Source: an uncultured Candidatus Saccharibacteria bacterium
Lineage (GTDB): Bacteria; Patescibacteriota; Minisyncoccia; Phycocordibacterales; UBA918
Assembly: GCA_964352875.1 (NCBI GenBank)
Contig: CAYGTP010000002.1
Location: 4,244 to 68,243, forward strand
Length of the DNA stretch: 64,000 bases
Direction of reading: 5' to 3'
The notes under the pieces were generated by a model. It did not search any database. It was not told the origin of the DNA and saw only the letters and a list, made by a program, of their open reading frames with translations. Of the stretch, positions 1 to 9,900 are shown one piece after another; within the stretch, counting starts at the first letter, position 1; each line of letters starts with the position of its first letter. Made by a program: the position numbers and the translations under genes.

Positions 1-146
1 GTACCTTACAAGACTCACGCAAAACCAAGCGTCTTACTGCTGCGGAGACGGCATTGATAGATCAGGTTGCAAATGCGCTTTCAGAATCTGAAAAGCGAGT
101 AGAGAAAGAAATCGCTGATGTGTCAGCCTTAGTCAATAATAAATAA
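1..146 (+). CDS. 3' end of an upstream gene (partial); C-terminal coiled-coil tail resembling Parcubacteria cohesin-domain membrane proteins
   Basis: Open frame from position 3 reads TLQDSRKTKRLTAAETALIDQVANALSESEKRVEKEIADVSALVNNK to TAA at 144-146; next ATG 7 nt later. Confidence 0.6.
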   Translation, partial: TLQDSRKTKRLTAAETALIDQVANALSESEKRVEKEIADVSALVNNK

Positions 147-153
147 ATTCCGT

Positions 154-819
154 ATGTCTTCAAATTCACCACTTACCACCATTATTTTTGTCCTTATCGG
201 GATTGGGGTTAGTGCATTTGCTACCTATACTTACCTCCAAAAGGAATTAGATACGAGAACCGCTACCGTATATGATCGAGTCATCGAAGCTGAACAAACA
301 CTTATAACTCTCGCCAACGAAGTGGATCGTGGTGTTCCTAACCAAGCAGTTCGCGGTGTCGTAAGTGATTGCCGCGGGGATAGACGTAATCGCTTCGATA
401 GTTTATTAGGGCAGTTGGATAATTTGGCTGGAGCTGATCTCGTTGAGTTGCAAAATTTATTTAGTCAATGTGGTCATTATTTTTCAACTGAAAAATCTGT
501 TTTGGCACTGCAATTAAATCGTGAAGTACAAGTGTATATTGACACGGTAACCCTATGGGGAGATTTGACCGGTGAAGCACTTGAGCGATATCAGCTGGAT
601 AAATGGCAGTCACTGGCTGCTGCCGAGTCAAAGCAGAGTATGGCCTATACTTCACTGGTCCGACTGCAGGGTCAAATTATTGACGCTCGGGTGTCTGGTT
701 CCGTGCGAGGTTCAGATGAGATCAATGCCTTGCTAGCAGAAGTCAGTGAAGTACAAGACACAATTGCCGTCCAAGGTATTCAAATCAAACAACAACGAGA
801 AGCCTTATTTGATGTATGA
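154..819 (+). CDS. Hypothetical membrane-anchored helical protein
   Basis: 221-aa ORF, N-terminal TM helix (IIFVLIGIGVSAFATY), two Cys; ATGA overlap with next gene. Confidence 0.75.
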   Translation: MSSNSPLTTIIFVLIGIGVSAFATYTYLQKELDTRTATVYDRVIEAEQTLITLANEVDRGVPNQAVRGVVSDCRGDRRNRFDSLLGQLDNLAGADLVELQNLFSQCGHYFSTEKSVLALQLNREVQVYIDTVTLWGDLTGEALERYQLDKWQSLAAAESKQSMAYTSLVRLQGQIIDARVSGSVRGSDEINALLAEVSEVQDTIAVQGIQIKQQREALFDV

Positions 820-1592
820 GATTTATCCAGTGGCTAGCGTATCAACTCTGTACCACCTGCAAACCAAATCGCAGTCGGACAGTGCGGTATGCCTATCCAT
901 TGATTTTTGCTACGGCTGCGGTCTTAGGAGCTGCGGTAATTACCTCGCAAGACGTGTCTTATGTCCGTATTGAATCGAGCCGCAGTCAAGTGATGGCAGG
1001 GGAACGCTTTGTGGTCAGTGTATATGCTTATGCTAAAGAAGCAGTGAACGCCGTTGATATAGCTCTCGCGTACCCAGATGATCGAATTGAAGTAACTGGG
1101 ATTGATACTGGTGAATCAGTGATTACACTCTGGACTCAAGAACCCTATGTTGCTGATGGCGAAATAATTATGCGAGGCGGGACCTTTCGTCGTGGCTTTA
1201 TCGGCGAACATTTGATTGCTCAAATCAACATGCGCGCTATCAATACTGGAGTAGCAGCATTTTCAACGGCTGGAATTCAATTTTTGAAGGGTGACGGAAG
1301 TGGCGATTTTGCTGAAACTGATATTACAGATGATGGACAACTTAATCTCTATATTGTTGGTGAAGGACAGACAGCAGCTGATTTGGCTGATGTTCCAAGT
1401 GATACGCTCAGGGTTACTGCCGAACTCGTGGTTGTGACCGACGTTGATGGTGATGGGCAAGTCACCTTGGCTGATATAAGTGCCTTTATGGCTGCGTGGG
1501 CAACTGGGGATCGAGTGTTTGACTTTAACGGTGATGGTCGGATGACATTTAGAGATTTCGGTATCATCCTCGCCGACTCATTCTTCAAATGA
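816..1592 (+). CDS. Secreted cohesin-domain protein with C-terminal dockerin-like (paired EF-hand) module
   Basis: Signal/TM segment; cohesin-like beta domain (GERFVVSVY..VNAVDIALAYP..LWTQEP); duplicated Ca-binding loops DVDGDGQVTLADI and DFNGDGRMTFRDF. Confidence 0.75.
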   Translation: MRFIQWLAYQLCTTCKPNRSRTVRYAYPLIFATAAVLGAAVITSQDVSYVRIESSRSQVMAGERFVVSVYAYAKEAVNAVDIALAYPDDRIEVTGIDTGESVITLWTQEPYVADGEIIMRGGTFRRGFIGEHLIAQINMRAINTGVAAFSTAGIQFLKGDGSGDFAETDITDDGQLNLYIVGEGQTAADLADVPSDTLRVTAELVVVTDVDGDGQVTLADISAFMAAWATGDRVFDFNGDGRMTFRDFGIILADSFFK

Positions 1593-1722
1593 ACAAAGGA
1601 GTGAAACGACTATGTGTGAATTTGGTTCCGTTAGCTGGCTATTCTTAATGCCAGCGAGGAACGGGTCGAATGCTTGTGGTAGTAAAACTGTTACTAGAAA
1701 TAAAGAGCAAAGCGATTATAGA

Positions 1723-1988
1723 AATAGAGGTGCCAGCGGTGCAGTTTTCGACGAAGTGAACAAAGAAGCGTTCGCACCCCATTTTTAAAGAGTGAAGCGA
1801 CTATAAAAATGGAAGTACTCTTGGGGTGACTATGGCGAACTTATGTCGAAAACTGCCGACTGCAGAAATAACACAATTAATTTCGAAATTAATTGTGTTA
1901 TTTTGCTGTTAATACCACATATCCTACGATTAATCATAGGATTCGTGGTGTTGACAGCCGGCAGTGCCCTTGTTCGGCACCTGCTATT
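1723..1988 (+). other. Highly structured intergenic element (candidate ncRNA or palindromic repeat cluster)
   Basis: Closing stem 1723-1734/1976-1988 encloses a 12-bp IR (1741-1752/1845-1856), a 38-bp palindrome (1866-1903) and a 14-bp stem with two G-U pairs (1905-1918/1945-1958). Confidence 0.55.
1866..1903. repeat. 38-bp perfect palindrome, copy 1 (related copy at 59911-59948)
   Basis: AAATAACACAATTAATTTCGAAATTAATTGTGTTATTT. Confidence 0.85.
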
Positions 1989-2043
1989 ATAGTATTGATG
2001 GGAACGATGTAAGAAATTGTCGTGATTTGGCTGCACCAAAACC

Positions 2044-3912
2044 ATGACGCAAAGCTTTAATACTCCCAAAACCAGCATACAGAGCGTTATGCTCTATCAG
2101 ATTGTCTATCGCAGCCGTTTCGTATGGTACGCAGTTTTCTTATTGATTGTCGTTTTTTTAGTGCAACCAATTGAACAAGCGGTCGCTGCTGAAGTGGGTG
2201 AAGAGGAACCAGCCGAAGAAGCACCTGCTGTTGCAAATGAGCCTGATGTAGTATCCACGCAGGCACCTGAAGCGGTAGAGGAAGAGATAGTAGATGAAAT
2301 AGAGGTAGACGATGAAATAGAAGTCGTTGAGGATGACACTTCTACAGAAACAATTGATACACCAAACCAAAACACTGCTATCACTGATGTAGTGCCTGAA
2401 CCTAATGCAGCTGATTCAGTTGAGGAGTCCGAGTATCCAGCTGACAATAGCGAAGATACACAACCGAAGGCTACCGGTACTGTCGTTACGACTGTAGAAG
2501 GAGATAGTAGTACTGAATCAACGGAGTCTGACAGTGGCGAATCAATTTCTACTGTAGCAATTGATGCAGCTAGCACCAGCGCTACCACAGCCCTGAGTAC
2601 AACAACAACCAATACTGGCGATAGTACTGTGGGTGGTGGTGAAACAGCTAACTCAGAAGTGGAGTCAACGACTGCAACTAGTACTGCAGCAACCACAACT
2701 GTTGAAACTACCTCAGTAACTGATGAGGGTGAAACCCAGAATGTAGATGAGGTGGTAGAAGTTGTCAGCTCTGATGCAACTGACAATGCAACTACTACCG
2801 TACTAAATGAACTTCCAGACATCGAAGACACAATAGCTACTACTACGGTAATACAACCGCCAGTTGTGGTTGACTCATATGTGGGTGAGTTTGAGTTTAA
2901 TGCTAATCAATGTTTTGAAGTCGGAGACGGTACATTTTATTGTAGTAAAGACACAAGTAAGACAGTCGAAACAGTAATCGAAGACGATCTATTTGCCGCA
3001 CCAGACGCTGACGGTGATTTAGAAATCTATCTCACCATCAATGGTGAAACCCAAAAAATCACTGATAATCAGTTAGACGATTCGGCCCCGCAGTTTGATA
3101 GTCAGTCAAATACTATGGTATGGCACCGACTGGTGAACGATCGGTATCAAATTATTCAATACAATTACGCCACGCAAGAAGAAACTCAATTAACTGACGG
3201 TCGTTTTAATAACATGGAACCGAGTGTGTACGGGGATTATATTGCTTGGCAAACCTGGGATGGACAAGATTGGGAGATTGCGCTCTATGACGGGGAGTTA
3301 AAAGAAATGATCACCAACAACAATGTGCCTGATATTGGTCCGATGATCAACGACGGTTACGTCATTTGGAATGCGGTCGGGGCTGCAGGACAAAAACAAG
3401 TCCTACTATATGATTTGGCCACTGAGCAGACCGAAGTGATTGATGATGCTGATGGGGGAGCTGTCAGTAACCCACGGTTCATTTTGGTATACGATGCGGA
3501 GTACGACAATGGCGATGTGGTAACGAGAGGTTACGACCCAGACACTGGCCGAGTTGAGCCACTGTCAGCGATCCCAGGGCAGTTACCAAAAGAACTCCCG
3601 CCCGTTGATCAGACCGGAGAAACTAGGGCCTTGATTGCCAACAAAGGTAGTTCTGGTCGTGAAGATTCTCTTGACTTGGGTGACTTTGACATCGAAACTG
3701 AACCAGAACCAACGGCCAGTACTACTGTTGCGGCCGTGGTTGCTACTTCGACGCAAGTAGTGCAGCCACCGACTGAATTAATTATTGAGAAAATTGATTT
3801 TTCTACTACCACAGAAACGATTGCGAGCAGTACACCAATCGACCCAGCTGAAATAATCGAAGACTTAATTATCCCACCTCTCCAAGGCACAACTTCAGAC
3901 GAAGCGCGGTAG
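2044..3912 (+). CDS. Acidic Thr/Glu-rich surface protein with TolB-like beta-propeller repeats
   Basis: N-terminal TM/signal (true start may be 2089); long low-complexity E/T/S stalk; repeats such as QKITDNQLDDSAPQF, TQLTDGRFNNMEPSV, EMITNNNVPDIGPMI. Confidence 0.75.
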   Translation: MTQSFNTPKTSIQSVMLYQIVYRSRFVWYAVFLLIVVFLVQPIEQAVAAEVGEEEPAEEAPAVANEPDVVSTQAPEAVEEEIVDEIEVDDEIEVVEDDTSTETIDTPNQNTAITDVVPEPNAADSVEESEYPADNSEDTQPKATGTVVTTVEGDSSTESTESDSGESISTVAIDAASTSATTALSTTTTNTGDSTVGGGETANSEVESTTATSTAATTTVETTSVTDEGETQNVDEVVEVVSSDATDNATTTVLNELPDIEDTIATTTVIQPPVVVDSYVGEFEFNANQCFEVGDGTFYCSKDTSKTVETVIEDDLFAAPDADGDLEIYLTINGETQKITDNQLDDSAPQFDSQSNTMVWHRLVNDRYQIIQYNYATQEETQLTDGRFNNMEPSVYGDYIAWQTWDGQDWEIALYDGELKEMITNNNVPDIGPMINDGYVIWNAVGAAGQKQVLLYDLATEQTEVIDDADGGAVSNPRFILVYDAEYDNGDVVTRGYDPDTGRVEPLSAIPGQLPKELPPVDQTGETRALIANKGSSGREDSLDLGDFDIETEPEPTASTTVAAVVATSTQVVQPPTELIIEKIDFSTTTETIASSTPIDPAEIIEDLIIPPLQGTTSDEAR

Positions 3913-3932
3913 AATATACCCACAATTCAAGC

Positions 3933-6900
3933 ATGAGTACATGGTTTAAACATAACCGGCTTTTTAACTGTGGTCAAAAGCTTATCACAGGCTTTTTACT
4001 TTGTTTGCTACTATTTTCAGATGTTGTACCGCTCTTATTGTATGGTCCACTGAGCTATAACAAAATTGAGGCGGCCGAAGCACAAATCGATGACTTGGCT
4101 AGTGGCGCCCAAGCTGAACATATTCAAGCTGGTGCCAATACTGTATTTATAGATGACCAGACGGGGTATAAATTTTATGTTGAATCAAATGGTCGGTGCT
4201 TTTATAAAAAAACTACTAATGGTGGAGCTTCGTGGGGGAGTCAAACACAGTTTGATGATGATCCCAATTGTACGAGTCCGGTAGTGTGGTATGACCGATG
4301 GACGCCAGGTGACACTGGCAATTATATCCATATAACAACGCTAGCGATCGGAACTGGTGCTGAAAATATTAATTATAATCGTTTAGATACCGCAGATAAT
4401 GACGCGTTGTTGATGGGTAGCTCGCCAGTAAATATTTCTTCCACAACTATTACAACATTGAGTTTAGGAGCAGGCAACAAACAGGCGATGACTAAAGGGA
4501 CCGATGGTACGATCTACGCTGCCATTAATGACAACGGCGGGTCCCCGGTAGTTGAGTGTTCAGCTGATTGTCAGCTAGAGGGTAGTTGGAGTGCAACGGG
4601 AGTTTCACCAATGGATCTTTCGAATGACTTTTTATTACTGCAGCCAATGCTGGGGGATAATATCATGTTGATTGTTCGCGATGTGTCTGCTGAGGATATA
4701 GAGTATCAGATTTGGAATAACGCTATTTGGGGTGGAGCTTGGAATACCATTGATGCTAATGCATTTGATAACACTACCTATGACGTTGGTATGTCTGCAG
4801 TTACCCATCCTGAAACCGGTGACATCTATCTTGCCTATGTTACAGACCATCAAACCTTAGGGACCGATGATGATATACGCACAGCAAAATACACAGAAAG
4901 TTCTGGTCTATGGACCAATACGGCAGATGTCGTCACTGACGACAGTAAAGGGCTCCTCAGTGTTGCCTTAGCGCTTGATGCTAATACAAGTGATGTGTAT
5001 GTAGCGTATGCAGCTCGCACCACACCAGGTACCGCTAATAGCGCTAATGTGTATTGGGCAAGCTCGACGGCGGCAATGAGTAGTTGGAGCGGGGAGCAAG
5101 GACCGGTTAATAGTGGGAGCGATAATAACTACGGCCTTTCGTTAAATCATTATTCAGACGAGCGAATCCACGCGTCATGGTACGATGACGCTTCGCGTGA
5201 TGTGTTGAGTGACACTATTGCAGATATCACGCCAGTTACTGTCGTTACAGCAACCGGCACACAACGTGCGACGGTACGGGCCAGTACATCAGCAACTTAC
5301 ATTGGTGGGGCGTTTGTCATTAAAGAGAATGTCACAACGAGAAATGTAACTAGTATTACAATCACTGAGCAAGGTACAATAGACGGAGCAACTGCAATTG
5401 GAAATATTGCGCTCTTCTATGATATTTCGACCACTTCCCCGTACAATTGCAGTGAAGACTCATACCAAGGCAATGAGCCACAATTTGACGTCACTGATAC
5501 GAATGGATTTTCAGGTGCTAATGGAATCGCCAGCTTTTCTGATCTTGTGGCTATTTCACCTACTGACACGCTGTGCGTCTATCCAGTGGTAGAGGTTTTA
5601 AAATCTGCCAATGACGGCGATACTATCGATATTACTATTACGAACCCAGCCACTGACGTGTTGGTTGGTGGAAGTGTGACAGCAGTACCGTCGAGTGTGA
5701 TTTCTATTACTGGCAGTACCACTGTGCGTGATGATGTGCTGACGCAGACCCACTATCATTGGCGACAAGATACGGGTAGTGAAGCGCTCTCACCGTCCGC
5801 AACCGGTGGTATAGAAGATACCCCAATTAGTGCTTTGCAGACCGAAGTACCTCGACGACTCCGCATTGGGCTGTCAAACGATGGTTCGACCACAACGTTT
5901 CCGACTACATTTCGGCTTGAGTATGGCGTAGCGGCACCAACCTGCAATGATGTCGGGACGTGGATTGATGTTGCGGAGGCGGATGATGATTGGAATATGT
6001 TTGATTCTAGTAATCTTACCAACGGAGCTGATACCACAGACGTGGCAGTTGGGCTCGGAGGGGTATCGCCAGAAAATAACTTCTTCCTTACACCCAATGG
6101 TGGCGTCCGCGATACCGAATCTGAGACCGGCAGTATGCAAGTAGATTTTGATGAATACACTGCCCTTGAGTATTCGATTGTCGCTTCAACTACGGCCACG
6201 GAAGGAAATACGTATTGCTTTCGTGTGTCGGATCAGGGTCAACCAATTGAACAGTACGATGTGTTGCCACAAGTGACTATTTCAGCAGATGTGCGGGTTC
6301 GAGCCACTGGTACCCAGGCAGTCTCAGCTGATATCCCAACTGATAATCTCTATATCGGAGGTGCTTTTACCATTACCGAAAATGTTTCCAGTCGTGATGT
6401 TACAAGCGTCACATTGACTGAAGTTGGCACGGTTGACGGTGCTGCTGGTGTGACTGACATTCGATTATATTATGATCTTGATACGACGTTCCCATATAAC
6501 TGTGCGAGCGAATCATTTACTGGAAATGAATTGCAGTATGGAGCAACCTCGACAGCGTTCTCGAGTGCCAACGGATCAACTACGTTTACTGCCACAGTGG
6601 GGATTAGTACTACCAGTACACTCTGTCTCTATCCAGTACTCGATATCACACCAGATGCTACCGATGGGGAGACGGTGGATGTGATTCTCAGTTCTGGTTC
6701 TGGTGATGTTGTAGTGTCTGGCGGGGGGTCGGTAGCACCAACGACACCAATCGACATAACTGGCTCCACGACCCTCAATGGCGCGATTGTGACGCAGACA
6801 CACTACCACTGGCGAAATGATTCAGGGAGTGAAACTGGTGCCAGTTCAGCAACTGGCGGTATCGAAGATACGCCACTGACAGATTTCGATTTAGGAGCTG

Positions 6901-9900
6901 AAATCCGTCTCCGTGTTGGTGTATCAAACGAAGGAGCAACCACGTCGATTCCAAAACGTTACGGCCTGGAATATGGTATTAAGCTCGATGAATGTTCTGA
7001 TGTTACCGTGTGGATTGACGTTGCTGATACAGCTGACGCCTGGGACATGTTTGACTCTTCAAATCTTACTAATGGAGAAACGACCACTGATATTAGTACG
7101 ACCACGGGTGGGGTGAGTGATGAAAACGCTGTCTTCTTAGGCAGTAATGGTGGGGTAGTTGATACGGAATCTTTTACAGCTACTACTACTCTTAGGAATA
7201 ATGAATATACTGATTTTGAATACAGCATCACGTCGACAGCCGACACGCTGTATGACAGTACCTATTGTTTCCGTGTGACGCAAAACGGTGTGAGTCTACT
7301 AGCCTATAACACGTATCCTGAAATCACTATGACTCCCAAACGAGACTTCAGAATCCAACGCGGTCAAGTTGTATTAACTGGCACATCAACCACATTACTA
7401 GCAGGGGTTGATTACGTTGCTCCGAGTGCCTCAACTAGCGCGTTTGTCCGGATTACCAACGCACACCATACCGGGGCTGGTCGTAATGATTTGGGTGGTA
7501 ACCAAAACGCCAGAGACTATAGTTCGTATATTGAAAATCCAGAAAATCTAGAAACTAGCATTACCTTTACTCGTAGCCAAGTTAACCCAATCCAAAATAC
7601 TTTTATTTCTTGGGAGCTAGTTGAGTTTGTGGGTGATCCTGGGACAGATAACGAAATGATTGTGCGCGACCATGGCACCATCAATTACAGTGCGTCAGAA
7701 TTAGTAGCCACTGGTACTGCGCTCGGTACAGTTGATACCGATGGTGACGTAGTGGTATTTATTACCGCCCAATCGCATCCAGGAAATACTAGAGCAGAAG
7801 GATATGCTCATCAGTCAACCAGCGAGTGGAATAGTGCCACCGGTGAACCGGTGTTCAGGCGGAGTGCAACTGGTGGCAATGAAGGATTTGTCAGTTATGC
7901 CGTAGTTGAATTCACTGGTATCAACTGGAAAGTGCAGCGAGTTGAACATGATTACGCAGGCACAACTCCAGGTGAGCCAGATTTGGTTCCGATTACTCCA
8001 GTCAATAGTCTTAATCGAACGTTCTTACATACACAGAAGCGGGTTGATGGGAATGGGTTGATGACGGACTTTGGGCACTTGGTGTGGGTGTCGAGTATGG
8101 GGGCGCTGTCGTTCCAGCTAGAAGCTAGTGCTGCAACCACCACAGTCAATCATGTCTCGGTGGCATGGGTAATTGAAAATACGCAAACCAGTGACGGGGC
8201 GATGACAGTGCAACGTGAAGGGAGTACCTTCACTGGAGGTGCTGACGTGCAGACTCGTGCTATTGGTATCTTGACTGAACTTGAAGCTACCAACAATGCG
8301 TCAATTTTTGCAGTTACCAGTCATAGTCAAACAGTAAATAACATGCCACGAGGTTTGGCGAGCTTTTACATTGCTTCAACTACAGCCTATGAAATTTACC
8401 GTGCTGAATCAGCTGGTATTTTATCGTACTGGACCGAGGTTGTGTCATGGCCAGTAGCAAACATATCGGTGCGACAAAATTATTATAATTTCTACGTCGA
8501 AGATGGTCAGCTTGATCCACAAGACCAGTGGCCAGTAGGGCCAAGCAGTGTTGGGGAAAACGCTCCTATCACTGCTTTAGATGAACCTCTCGGAGAAGGT
8601 GAGCGCATTCGTATTAGAATGAGTACTCGGATTGGTAACGCTAACTTACCAGCGGGATTGTTGTCAGTTAAGCTCCAATATGGTGTACGAACAGCAACTT
8701 GCTCGGCAGTGGGCGACTGGTTCGACGTCGGTCAATTTGCCAGCAGTACGATATGGCGCGGGTATGACGTCGCAGCATTAACTGATGGCGTGGCACTTTC
8801 AACCGAACCCCCCGGAATCGGAGATTTGAATCTTTCAGTGTCTGACGTGTCTGGTAGTTACATTGAAGCGAATCCTTCGGTAGCTAACCCGTTTGATGTG
8901 CAAGATGGAGAAGACGTGGAGTTTGATTGGGTAATCGAGCATAATGGAGCAAATAGTAGTACATTTTATTGTTTCCGCATGGTAAATAGCGACGGTACAC
9001 CACTGGATGGCTACTTTAATTACCCAGAATTACGTACCGCTGGATTTACGCCCGTTGGCGGTGATTGGCGTTGGTACGATGATGCTGAAAATATCACACC
9101 AAGTTTAGCGTTGGCAGCAGAGAATGTAGCTCCAACTGATATCGCAAATTCCAATACTATCGTGTTGCGTACGGTCGTTGACGAGCTAAAAGTCGTCCAA
9201 GGCAATAACGTTAAATTTAAGCTGCAATTTTCGCAATCACCAAACTTCTTAACCGCAAGTGATGTAGTTGCGAGTAGTACGTGCCAGGCTGATTCATTGT
9301 GGTGTTATGCCGACGGAGGTGCGAATGATAATACTGTCTTGGCCAGTTCCACGTTAGGTCAGGCGGACAGTTGTTTTGGTGGTGTGGGTAATGGCTGCGG
9401 TAGCTACAATGAATCTGGGACATTAGTTGCAGGCTTGACCCATGCTGCAGGCGCAGCAGCTGAATACGCCTTTGTTTTGCAGCACGCTGGTGCACGCGCG
9501 AATGGGGTATATTATTTCCGTCTGTATGACGTAACAAATGACGCTCCATTAATTGCATCCAGTACCTACCCATCGCTAGTGACCGAAGGAGCGCAACTGG
9601 TATTTGGGGTGGCCGGGTTGCCAAGCGCAACAACTACTGAAGGTGTTGTTACTGATGTAGCAAGTACCCCTGATGCTATTAATTTTGGCACCTTAGGACT
9701 TAATATGGCAATCGAAGCAGCTCATCGACTTTCAGTTGATACTAATGCCACCGAAGGGTATCAGGTATTTGTCTTTGCTACCCAAGACCTGATCAATAGT
9801 TACGGTACCGCTATTGATCCCATCATCAGCACCAACGAAGTGCCAGCGGGCTGGTCCAGCGCCTGTCCCGTTGAGGCTACTGGTTGCTTTGGCTACCATG

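Noticed and set aside
1593-2043. RNase P RNA, tmRNA or group I/II intron as the identity of the structured region
   Set aside because: GAGGAACGGGTC only loosely resembles GAGGAAAGUCC and the 3' P4 strand is missing; no tRNA-like ends, P7 core or domain V recognised
1830-2078. 82-aa minus-strand ORF, and similar short ORFs at 21150-21456, 38584-38811 and 41791-41991
   Set aside because: They overlap palindromic or tRNA sequence, have no protein-like features, and are better explained by the non-coding structures
2106-2831. Long antisense ORFs (also 36533-37345, 47130-47735, 61662-62324)
   Set aside because: Shadow frames of well-supported genes on the opposite strand, often caused by low-complexity Thr/Glu codons
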